33,938 nt of DNA, taken from contig ADNK01000348.1 of assembly GCA_000320545.1 (NCBI GenBank), positions 1-33,938 of the forward strand. Direction: 5' to 3'. Source of the DNA: Bigelowiella natans CCMP2755 (Eukaryota; Protista; Cercozoa). Below are positions 21,692 through 33,260 of the stretch, piece after piece; within the stretch, counting starts at the first letter, position 1, and each line of letters starts with the position of its first letter. Below the pieces are notes generated by a model. It saw only the letters and a program-made list of their open reading frames with translations, searched no databases and was not told the DNA's origin. Position numbers and translations under genes: made by a program.

Positions 21692-22542
21692 CGAATCCCC
21701 GGTAATTCCCACGTAGCTCCGTAGCTATGGGATGTCTTATGACAAAATAACAACGACAGAGCTACGAACACAACCAAATACGAAGGAATTTAGAGAAATG
21801 TATCTTTAGTCTAGATCTAGATCTAGTAATTGATTCTGTAATTTTGAGCTGGTAGTTTTTTGTGGAAATACAGAATAACATAGCTGGGAAGTCAAGGGCG
21901 CGAAAAGAATAACTAAATCCATGAAAATCAACATCCAAAATCACCAAAAAAAAACCAACGCAGATTGGTTGGTCGGTTAACAGAAGGATTTAAAGATTTA
22001 AAGATGTGAAAAGCTGGAAGAGCTTTGGGTTCAATAATGGAAAATTATGTAAAATGGAGGGTTTCTAGTAGACGCCGACTTCAATAATCAATAATTTTCG
22101 TGACAAGCTGTCAAAATTTAACATCGCCAAAAAAAGGCCATTTTTTCCCAGAAAATAACTTTCCGATGCATCTTTTAATTATTTAGCTCGTACATCTGAA
22201 AGGAAAGCAAGCAAATTTTAACGAAGGTGGGAAAAATCAAAAATTTTAGAAATGTCCTGACTTAGGACATAATTTTCCTGTAATTTGGATTGTCGTCTAT
22301 TGATGTTTTTTTTCAACTTCAGAATCCTTGAGGACACCAAGTTATAGTCGTAATCTTAAAATTGCGACACAAATATTCGATGTCGCATACCAATTAAACC
22401 CCTATTTAATATTTTTCCCGCTTCCTTTTTGTTTGGAATACATCTGAAAATCCATCGACCCTGCGGCCGACCCCCCCGTTGTGAAGGGGTGAGTTGGGAC
22501 CCTCCTTGGAAAACGGGAGGGTATAGACATAAAGATAATTTG

Positions 22543-23291
22543 ATGGAAGAATTTAATACGTGGCCCTCACCTGTGGGCATGCTTCAAGAGGATGAAAAGG
22601 GGACAAGTTATGTTAAAGATGATAGCAGTACCCCACAACACAGTATGAGCATCACGAGTAATAATCCAGCAGGGGGTACGGGAGCGTTCAACCTAGCTAA
22701 TATTGCAAAAGTTCCATGGAAAATCCATCTACAGCATTCGGTAAATTTCGACCTCGTTGCCCCTGGCCTCATCACACTATTGGGTTTTGACGGAATTGAG
22801 CTTTGGGCGTTGGACTCGAAGTCGGAGGAAGTAGTAATGCTCGCCGATTGCGTGCGTGATGAATCGCTGTTAAGCTGGTCCCGATACAGTAATGTACATA
22901 AATTCAATCTGGGAACGGGTATGGTAGGTAGGGTCTTCATGTCAGGAGCTTCCGAGTGGCAAAGTGACGTCGGCAAGATAAAACAGGATGTCTTCTTTAG
23001 AAGCTCGGGGGCTCGGCGACTCGGGGTGAAAGGAGTAGGATGTATACGGTGCGAGACTGTAAATAGAATAGAAGTTGTTATCTTTCTCTACAGTCGGCAG
23101 GAGTTGACCTTCAGTAAGGACCGGATAAACTTTGTGGAGGGGATGATCTCCCAGTGGATTAAGAGCGGAAAGGACTCGACTAAGTTCTACTCGACCAACA
23201 ACACTTCCTCCTCATCGAAGAGATCTTCGATGCAAATGCAAGTTGTTGAAAGTGCCGACGTGACAGCTATGGAAGCGGATTACGAATCTCC

Positions 23292-23327
<36 letters not shown>

Positions 23328-26265
23328 GTTCAACATGCAGAAGCCGTCGGGTAGGGATAATTCGCAGCAGGGGCCTTTGATGAGGTTGATGGTGTTAGAC
23401 CTGTTTTTGTCCTCGTTTGGAGGTATAACAAAGCGTCTTGGATTTGATGGCTCGGAAATATGGATTGAGGACTCGCCTGGATCTGGTACTAGCACGCCAT
23501 GCAAGCTGTGTTCCCCACGCAAATTGTGCAGCATCATGTCCTTTTCCCCATTTTCTTTCTCTTGAAATTAACATCTTTTGTAGTGCAATTTTACCTACTA
23601 TCACTAACTACTAGTACAACTACTACTACCACCACCACCGCCCCTGCTGCTATTGACATTGCTCAGGCGTATTGCAACACGGCGGGACCATCGCAACCAA
23701 ACCCCTTCACAAGGAGTGGGCGAGTTATAGCACGCAATTCAAGTTTTCCAACGAACGGTCAACCGCGGCGATTAACGCCCCAATCATCACTCTGTGTGCC
23801 TATACAGCAGAAAACTACGAATATATGGATATTCAAAACAAATCGATATTGCTCCTCTGATTCTTCTTCTGCTGTTACTTGCTACTGGTGATAGATCGCT
23901 CATTGGACGCATCCTGTGCACAACGAGGCCGGAATGGCAGCCTGATGTCTCCCAGCTGTCCCTGTCAGTATTCACACGGGCAACTGGAGCTCGGAGATAT
24001 GGCGTGAGGGGAATGGGCGGTGTATACTGTAGAACACGTCAAGGTAGTGTTATTATAGCCGCCTCTTGAATATGAAGCGGCTCCCACCTCGTTACCAACA
24101 CCGTCACCGTTATTATCATCACCATCATTATCCCCCAACATTATTCATCCAGGGCTCCAGTTCGTGATCACCCTATTTAGTGGGAAACGAATCAAGTTCA
24201 ACAAGGAGATGTACTTCCTAAACCGCCATGCTGCTTTACTACAATATACGTACAAATGACGATGGTGGCAGCAACAAGCGAGAGTGCCAGCGATCATGTT
24301 CATTTCATTAAGTGTGCATCTGCAAATTTGCATTCATGCCGCCTCGATCGATATATCGTTCATTGAGAGTTGCTTCTCATCTGCTACACCCCCCCCCGCC
24401 CCCCCCCTCCCTCTCTCCCCCTCTACCCTTCGGCTCATTTTTCCTAGAAAAAGGAATATTCTAAAGATGGTAGAGATATGGGCGCAAGGGTCCTTTCCTG
24501 GGCCCTCAAAACCGCTGAAGATCATATCACGGGGCGGGTCAATAAGTGGCGATTCAGCTAGCTCTTCTCGCAGCACGTCTATCATGCCCCAGGCCCACTC
24601 GTTAAATTCATGGGTAGATATGCAAGGAGGCGGGGCGGGGGGCTCTTTCTTCAGAGGAAGCAGTGGTATAACAGCGAATTACAACCACCATACATTTGCT
24701 GACACAATCATCAAACCCCATCGATATATCGTTCATCACCATCAGTCTTCCTCATCATTATCACCATCATCATCATCATCATCATTACCATGCATCAACA
24801 CCATCTGCAAAATACTAAGAACTTGCCTAGCGGCTGCTACCATGGCCCTCTTACGATTCATACATTCTAATTGATCTCCCCCCCCCCCCTTGTCGCCCCA
24901 TCATCTATCCTCCCTCCCCCCCAACAGAAGACAGCCGCATGTTTGACGGAGGGTTCCCTCTCGAGAAGCGCTCGATATCGTTCCCGGACCCCCTGAAGCT
25001 TTCCTCCATGTTCGGCGGGGGAGGGAGGATGGGCGGCGGCAGCAACATGAGCGCGGGGAGCAGCGAGGGGGGGGGGATGATCGGGGTTGGGCCGGGCAGT
25101 TTAGGGTCTCGCGGCTCCGCCACCTCCAAGCGTGGGAAGCCGAAATGCCGATATGTGTGCGGGTACTGTGAGAAGGTCTTCCATAAGAAGGGCAACTGGC
25201 AAGCCCACCTCCGCACGCACACCAAGGAAAAACCATTCGCCTGCACGGCGTGTGGGAGGCAATTCACTCAGAAGAGTAACATGAAGGTAGGAACTGGTAG
25301 GTAGTAGTAGTAGTAGTAGTAGTAGTAGTGCTGGTGCTGGTGCTGGTGGTGTGTGTGGGGGGGGGGGGGGTCGGTCGATGATGGCGGATGATGATGATGA
25401 TGGTTATTATTATCGTTATCGAGAATCAAGTTAGGAGGAAGCTTGTCGTTTAGACACTGCTACTTCACACATGTATTAATACATCTATCGTCCTCCTCCC
25501 CTCCCTCTCCACCCTACTCTTTGTCTAAACGCTTCACCCACCCATCAGCGTCACATGCTCAAGATCCATAAGATACCCAAGGACTTCCCCATGCCCTCGG
25601 GGGCTACTGGAATGGTCGGCGGCTCGGTTGGCGGGGGAGGGGGGAGCGCCCCTTCCTCATCATCTACTCCGTTACGACAGTCCAACTCGATGCCAGCGCT
25701 GCACGATTTCAAGGATAAGGCAAGCGAGCCCTCACCAAATTTCTTTATACAGCAGCATGATCAAGGTAAAAAGTTGTGATGGTGAAATTTCGGGGGGGAG
25801 GGGGTGGGGAGGGGGGGGGGGGGTGTGTTAAAGATACGGGGGAATCTATTGAATCTAGGAAAGAACAAATGTGGTTGGTTTTTGGTTAGCCTGGGGCATA
25901 TTCTACTACTTAACCCCCCTCCCCATTTACTGAACGTTTGCCGGTTTTACTCGATCCTTCCTCCTTTTCTTCCTTTCTTCCCTTACCCTACCCATCTAGT
26001 CCGTGCTAGTCTGCAGCAATCTAGTCCAATGATGATGAGTGGTGGTACGACAAACACCGGCAGCCTGTCGATTGGGGGGAGGGGAATCCACAGTGGTCCC
26101 ACTGGCGTTCATGCTCCCGACAACCTAATGATGCATCCTCCTAACGTCCAACCAATACAACATCACCAGCAGCAGCAGCAGCAGCGCCCTCCGCGGCACC
26201 AACTCCTTCAGCATCAACAACAACAACAGCAGCAGCAAAACGTACTCAAATGGATGCGCAATTGA
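22543..26265 (+). CDS. Putative transcription factor: two tandem NLP-type GAF-like domains, two C2H2 zinc fingers, poly-Q tracts; 8 exons
   Basis: Exons 22543-23485, 23667-23757, 23895-24043, 24153-24210, 24448-24665, 24928-25286, 25549-25765 and 26000-26265 splice in frame. Repeat 1: LGFDGIELW...WSRYS..HKF...[18 protein letters not shown]...[14 protein letters not shown]. Repeat 2: LGFDGSEIW...[10 protein letters not shown]...[18 protein letters not shown]...[14 protein letters not shown]. Fingers: [45 protein letters not shown]|RHMLKIH, with a Kruppel-type linker. Confidence 0.88.
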
Positions 26266-27049
26266 GGAAGGAGCTGCCTCTCGTTCGCAGCCACCACTAG
26301 CTGTCACGGCCAGCGAGAAAATAGAAAAAACTTCACTCGAGAATCTACGAATTATTCATCTCTTCGAGATGATATTATCACTATCATCCTTCGACGTGGT
26401 GTAATTCATTTCAAACAAAAAAAAATATAAATAAATATAAAGGTATGTATTATATATATTTAAGGTCTCTTTCTTTCTACAGAAAAGGCAGGCCTTGTAA
26501 TGTTGTAGTAAGAACGTCGTGGTTGTTAAATTGTACATATGTGCGGCGACATCGGAAAATCGACATGGGGAGGATCACACGGAAAAACATCTGTGTTCTC
26601 TCCTCCTCCTCCTACCGTCGGTGCGTTTTCTTTGTTTTGACACAACATATGCACCCTGAAGGCTGAAGTTATGGCCACCCATGAAGGTGGTTGATTGAAA
26701 GGATTTAGTTTCATTCATTCATTAAGAGAAGCAGTATCCGTTATCTTTTCCATATTGGTAAGACACAGACGACATAGCAATACCCACGTGGCACATTCTA
26801 GATGGAAAGCCACATACGGCGAGTAATTGACAAATGTAAAATTACTTCCCGAAGCAAGATTGAATGGCATTTTCATGTGTTTTGACATGTCAGAGTTGTA
26901 AATTTAATATATTGAGCAACTTTAACCTCATCAGCCAGAACTTGCCTCAACTGGTATGCTGAAACATGCAAGTTGCAGTTACATGCGCCCCATTTCTCGT
27001 CAACTTAATTTTGCCTGCCTCGCAATTTCTATAAATTGCGGGGGTGTGG

Positions 27050-27910
27050 TGCTAAGTCACCATCACCAACACTAGAACAACACGACTGCACGTCGCACAT
27101 CAATTAAAGTCCGTGGGGGCACCTCGTGACACCGCCGTGTCTTAGCGGGAGGGCTTAGTAGCAGCATGCAGGCCAGTTTTGCGAAACTAGAAAATGTGAA
27201 AATCATTGAACTTGCATACACTGCGATGCACACCATCTAGCTGGGACCCTACATCACTACCTAGCTTGCTAGCTAGCTAGCTCCAGAGCCAATGGAGAGC
27301 TTGCCCAAGCTAGCAAGGCGCAATGACAACAAGCGCTGCTGAGTGCAGCGCGCCCAACTCTGCTAGAACTAGCCAACACAATTTCTGCACGCACTTGCGT
27401 GCACATCTCTAGATCCATGGACATTTGATTTTCTCTCGCTCCCCTCCAGTCCTCCCCTGCTAGCCTGCTAGCCTGCATCCCTTCCGCACACGCTAGCACG
27501 TCTAGACGTAGCGTGATGGCGTGCATCACGTGTTCGATCACATTGCATGCACGTTGCTTCTTCCACGTGCACTAGCTTGCTTGGCTTCCACGCAATGCAA
27601 GCCTTACATTGCGTGGAAGCCAACAGTCCGCACGTGTCAGCTCCGTCAAGACTAGAAGAGCTCATGGCCACGGTGATCGTGATGTGCTGATGCTGATGCA
27701 ACGATGTGGACACCACATGCTAGACCGCATGATGTCACAGACACAGTGACATGTGATCATGCATCATGCACATGGAACACACGTTGCATCATTGCGCACG
27801 TTGTCTGTGACAACACAAACAAAGCAATTGAAACAAAGCTGGGAAGGAGCGTTGCCGACATGCGGCCAGGTAGTGCTGGTCAATCAATGATGCAAATGCA
27901 CTAGTCACAT
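27050..27910. other. Intergenic island D, rich in CTAG/TGCA/CATG/CACGTG
   Basis: Same signature. TA occurs almost only within CTA/TAG; TAT, ATA and GTAC are nearly absent by eye. Confidence 0.65.
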
Positions 27911-28065
27911 CTTAGAATTTCGAGTAGATTTAGTTCTCAGTTTTTTGCAGTAGGCCACATATGTCGTTTTGCAGAATTTCACTGTCTATTTATCATCGGG
28001 ATAATATCGTATATCTTTTGCCAGAAATCTCGTCCAGAATGCTGTGCAGAGAGTGAGCAGTGACG

Positions 28066-29788
28066 ATGGAGTCGCAGCATCGATACCTCATCATTCGACA
28101 GAGCAACCTCTTGCACCATAGAAAGGACCACCGCTTCGAGTACGGGAATAGACGGCTCGCCTTCATCGCCGCTGCCACTGCTATCGTTCTCGCCACATCC
28201 GTCTTTGTGACGGTGCGTCATCGAGATGAATCTAGTAGGAGGAGGAACATCCTCATGGCAACCCCACCTGGCGTCTCAGACTCAACCCTGGAAGAGTAAG
28301 TGCGAGCGATGGTCGCCGCTTGTTGGTCAAGATCTCACGGCAATGCTGTGTTACATCAGCCTCACGCACTTGAAAAAACCCGAGGTCATGAGGAAAATGG
28401 CGGAGCTCTTTAAGGATCCCGAGATGGTTGTGCGTGTGTGTGTGTGTGTGTGTGTGAGTGAGTGTGTTTGTGCGCGTGTGTCAATACTGTACGGATGCAG
28501 GACAGACGCGCCTACACGCGCAAGTCATACTAATTCTTCAACCTTTATTCCACAGCTGAAAGGCCTCATAAGCGATAAAGAAATGTTGTCTCAAAGCTTC
28601 AAGCTCCTTCAAGGTAGAATGCATTTTGGGAGAGGGGAGGACGGGTGTTTTCCTGCAATGTTATTCATCGTTTGTTTCATAATATTCCTCACTGGAGAGA
28701 ACAAGAAACTTAGTCGGCGAGGGTCGAAAAGGAAAATTAAGATGCTCATCGTCGCATCAGGACTTTATAAGATTCCAACCCCCGATATATCTGAAATCAT
28801 GCTTGTGTCCTTCTGTGTCCTTCCAGATGCTTAAAGTTTTTTGTGTTGTCTGTATCCTCCTTCTCGTACGGCTCTTTGCAGACCCCAAACATATGGAAAA
28901 GATAAAGAGCCTCTTCAGCGACCCCAAGTTCAGTTCTGAGGTATCTTCCTTGTAAGTTGCAGATTTTAAAAGTAAATATATACAATACTTGTGTGTGTGT
29001 GTGTGTGTGTTTAGTTAAAACTAAGCATGTTTTCTTAATTTCATGTTGTCGCGCCATTAATTAAAACCTAAACAGATAAATGGCCTCATCAAAAATCCTG
29101 ACATATTCAACAATGTAAGAAAAGCCCGAGAAATGCTGGAAAACACTCCCGAGGTAGTAGCTTCTTCGAGACTGGACTGACCCAGCTTCCTAATCCTATC
29201 TTCTCTCCTGATTCATGGCGGGGGGGGGGGGGGGGGGGGGAGGTGGCATCTGTACCATTCGCGTACACGTCCTACTTTTTCTAAAAATTAACTACTGCCA
29301 ACGAAATAATTAAACACACTCTCCAGAAATAGGGTCGCTGCTTTTTTTTTTGAGCCGGCAGCACAAGCAAACTCTCCACCATCCATATTCATCATCCTTC
29401 AGGTGCGTGACCAGGTCCGTGCGCTCGAAAGCCAATTCAGAAATCTAATGGAGTCGGATCTGCACTTCAACGAAGTGATAACAGACGTAAAGGTTGGTCA
29501 GCTTCTAGCCTCACAGCAGCCAAGTGGGAGAATAGCGTTGTCCCCCTGCATCATCGTCGGCTATGAGATCATCCGTCCACAAACGTGCGATGAAATAACT
29601 TCCCCCCCCCCCGCCCCCCTTCCTCTTTGCCATGATACATGCAGAAAAACGGAAGGGCGGCTATTTCGCGCGTGATGAAAGACGAAGCAAACCTTCGATT
29701 GCTGTGGAGTAAGGTGCTAAGGCGTCACTGTATGAGTATGGTTGATGATGCGCTCACAACTTCGAGCAGTTAACTATGCCACGCACAC

Positions 29789-29840
<52 letters not shown>

Positions 29841-30103
29841 GGGAGAGAGAGAGTGAGAGAGAGCGAGAGTACGTCATCTTGATTGTAAATCCTGCAAAGG
29901 CATCCGGATATGGGCTGCTTGGAGAGGAATGCCGATCAAGGCGCGATGAGCTACCGAGTCCGTACTCGCCGAACTTATTTCCCGTTCTGTTTCTTGGTAC
30001 TGTAGACCGGTTTTATCAGTCATGATTGTTGTTACAAAAATGCGCAGATGCTGACGATCTGGATAAGCTCTCGAATATGCTCAGCACGATGGCATTGCAA
30101 TAG
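28066..30103 (+). CDS. Membrane-anchored or signal-bearing protein with STI1/DP-like helical repeats, about 9 exons
   Basis: Exons 28066-28295, 28360-28426, 28556-28613, 28882-28940, 29076-29153, 29403-29492, 29645-29713, 29900-29957 (less sure) and 30048-30103 splice in frame. Hydrophobic segment LAFIAAATAIVLATSVFVTV; repeats KPEVM..M.ELFKDPEM, LLQDPKHM, LFSDPKF, LIKNPDIF; C-terminal DLHFNEVITDVKKNGRAAISRVMKDE resembles an STI1 motif. Confidence 0.7.
29791..29836. repeat. (GA)n microsatellite in an intron
   Basis: Directly visible. Confidence 0.95.
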
Positions 30104-30195
30104 CGCAGACTAGAGCTGAATTGACTATTGTACGGACACACCTACACACACACCCACCCACACACACACACATACATATGTTTATACATCATTAT

Positions 30196-30198
<3 letters not shown>

Positions 30199-30262
<64 letters not shown>
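30199..30262. repeat. Compound (TA)n(TG)n microsatellite in the 3' flank
   Basis: Directly visible. Confidence 0.95.
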
Positions 30263-30267
<5 letters not shown>

Positions 30268-30429
30268 GTTTACAAGTTGTGTTTTTATCTAGCGTATTTT
30301 TCAATCGAGTGCTCACGAGGAGTACCACTCGAAAGATCCATCAGTTATCTAAGGGCCGGTGCTTTTAAAGCTGCTGCTTGTGTTAGGCTTGTGTTTCCCT
30401 TCATAGCCATCGAGAGAAGAATAGCGTGA

Positions 30430-31500
30430 GGCTCTACTAAACTGCACACCAACATTTGCTCTCTACATGCACTTGGGAAGAATATACGACTTTCGATCCA
30501 CTTTTCATACAACTGCTGCAGCATTTTGCACAACGATGCGCAAGATGAAGAGCCGATATCATATGTAGACACAGGGCCTGCGTCACTAGATACGATCGAC
30601 ATATCGTGGATATTATAGCAAATAATAATTATTTTTCTAATTACGTGCACATGTAGCGATAGCTGGAGCATAATCTTCAGACAGCTGTCATTTGGCCACC
30701 AGCGGCGGCAAGCTAGATCGGACAGCACGCAAGCTGGTTGGTGCCGCGCACCACGACGCGTGCGTGTGCCAATAGTAGCAATATAACGCTGCCGTGTTTG
30801 CGCTATGTACATGAGAGAGACGGGTGCACTTGTAATGCACATGTTAATTTTTCCCCATCATTGTCATCCTAATATGTTGCTTTGCAAAGCTGCGGCTACG
30901 TACGTATGCAGCGCTCAAATTACATTCACTTGTCTGTAGCTCCCCCACATGCACATAGCTGTACGTGCAGTGCATACGCCTAGCGCAGACACCCTCTACT
31001 ACATATGCATTGCTTATATGCTCTAACTAAACTAGCTAAGCTTTACATAGTCGTCAGCTACGACAGCTACATTGCTAGCTAGACAGCTCTGCACCCACAA
31101 ATCCGCGCAGAGCTCTATGTGCTAGCTAGCTATCTACACATAGGAGCGTAGCTGCAGCCTGACACGCATATAGAATATAATGTACGTAGATACCGCTTAT
31201 ATACTGTAGCATTGCACAGCTACCTCGCTACCTCAGGATGAATATTGAAAAAATGTAATTACCATTTCATTACATTCCCGTCACATGCACACAGAGCGGC
31301 GGTCACATCATCGTTACTGACAACGCCCTGTGTCGCATACGTATATGACTCGAACACACACCCCCCTGCACGTAGGGGAGATCTGTAGTGCACGGGTGTG
31401 TGCTCGCGATACAAGGCTTGTGTACTCGCTCACTACATGATTACGGCTTCATAGATCATGCAAAGTGAAGAGATTGTGGGATGTACAACATTGATGATCA
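30430..31500. other. Intergenic island E, rich in TAGCTA/TGCA/CATG/TACGTA
   Basis: Same family of short palindromic words, between the convergent STI1-like and PCNA genes; retains more TA than islands C and D. Confidence 0.55.
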
Positions 31501-31625
31501 ATCTATATGAACATAATCGGTGCAGCTTTACGGCTATGCATAATCATTTGTTCACGATACATTAAAGCAGATTGGGATAACTATTTGAGTTCCCTAACTG
31601 CGGCTTTTAGGCGAGGCGAAGAAAT

Positions 31626-32653
31626 CTACTCATCATCTTCCTCGATCTTAGGAGCCAAGTAGAAGCGGATGTGACCCTTCTTTTCAATCTTGTATTCCAC
31701 AACAAGTGGGACGTCTGCTGACATGCTAAGGGTTACATACTGGGATAGAGGAGTTGCCTTGGAGAAACTTTGAAGATAACGAAGAGCAAAGTTAAGGGTG
31801 ATATCTTCTTCTGTTTCAATGTGAATAGTTTCTCCCTTCTTCTCGCTCTTATCAGCAGATGAAGTCTTGCGGAGAGTAATATTTCCGGTTCCCATGTCAC
31901 CATTAACGCTGAATTTGATTCCTTCCTTGCTAGCGGAAATCTGCACGGTGTCTCCCATAACGGCGATCTTGTCGACGACGTTTTTGAACTCGCTGGAAGG
32001 CATTTTTACTGTGCATGTGTACTCAGTATCAGGGATGCCAAGGTGCTCACTGTCAATGTCAATAAGCTTCATCTCGAAATCCGAAATTCGGTCCTTGTCT
32101 GGATAAAATACAAGAATAGACTTTAACTTCCACCTTGAAACACGTGCATGCGTACACACGCACACACCGCATAGAAGGGTATACCAACATGGAAGTAAAT
32201 ACTAACATATCATTTCCTTATCATTCCAACTGTACTCATTTCTGACTCTTTTCCTGACTGTATACACTTTCTATTCTGCAATGCTTCTGATATTTTCTCT
32301 CATTCTTGATTACATTCCAACGCATAATAATTACCCGAGTTCTCGAACATCAGAGTTAGAGAGTCTCCTTTGTCATCAGCTTTTAATGTGATATCATCGT
32401 CGTTTCCTGCACACTTGAGGATCTTGGTGAGGGAACCAGTGTTGATACCTAGTGCCTTGGAGCGGTCACAACGGTAATGGTCGAAGCCATCGCAACGGAG
32501 CTGGAGTGCGATAAGTGAGACGTGGCTGGTGTCCATAGCCTGGAGTGAAATTCCCTCAGCGTTGCAGTCGAAGTTGGCATCACTCACGAGATCCTTCATG
32601 GAATCGATGAGCTTTTTAAAGATGTGGCCTTCCTTGAGTCTTGCTTCAAACAT
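31626..32653 (-). CDS. PCNA: Proliferating cell nuclear antigen, 2 exons
   Basis: Exons 32653-32335 and 32098-31626 (GT-AG, phase 1). MFEARL...[11 protein letters not shown]...YRCDR...KILKCA...[17 protein letters not shown]...[14 protein letters not shown]...YLAPKIEE. Confidence 0.99.
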
Positions 32654-32853
32654 GGTTGTGGGTGGGTGGGTGGGAGGAACTTGATTTGTGGCGGGTTTGG
32701 TTTCTGATTCGCTTCACGAGCCAATTTGCTCCAATTCGACCAGTGCGACGGCTAATTTATGAAAGATTCGCAAAATATGTGATGTCGTCTGGTATGAAAT
32801 ACATGTGGTTTAAAGGCCGATATTTACAGCAAGGAAATTTTACGAGAATTCGC

Positions 32854-33089
32854 GGCGGGAACCGGAACTCGAGCTCGAGGAGAAGGCTTTCCCGCAAATT
32901 TGATTTGAGACTTATTTTTTTAAAAATGGCTTTCACTTAGTATGCGTTTTGGTCTAAATTCGATGGATCCGAGTTGCATCAGTGGTACATTGTCATTGTA
33001 AAGCAACCCAAAAAAAGTGAAATGGGCGCGCGAATTCCGAAAACGTAATTTATTTCTTCGGACTCGAAAATAGCAAATCCTCTCCCGCG
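32854..33089. promoter_or_regulatory. Cluster of E2F-type sites upstream of PCNA
   Basis: TTTCCCGC at 32888-32895 (exact TTTSSCGC consensus), GGCGGGAA at 32854-32861, GGCGCGCGAA at 33025-33034 and TCTCCCGCG at 33081-33089. PCNA is an established E2F target in animals and plants. Confidence 0.65.
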
Positions 33090-33210
33090 AGAACCACCAC
33101 AAAGCTTAAAAAATGTTAGCAAAAATCTTACACTATTCTTTAGAGCGACAACTCAGATCGGCTTCAAAAGATGAGAACCTCAATGGGAGCATCGGGCGGG
33201 ATGGGGAGAG

Positions 33211-33217
<7 letters not shown>

Positions 33218-33257
<40 letters not shown>
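33218..33257. repeat. (GA)n microsatellite
   Basis: Directly visible. Confidence 0.95.

Positions 33258-33260
<3 letters not shown>

Noticed and set aside
9552-26265. Cyclase plus GAF transcription factor as a cAMP signalling gene cluster
   Set aside because: They are separated by an unrelated gene, the GAF motifs look NLP-like rather than like the cNMP-binding NKFDE type, and eukaryotic adjacency alone is weak evidence.
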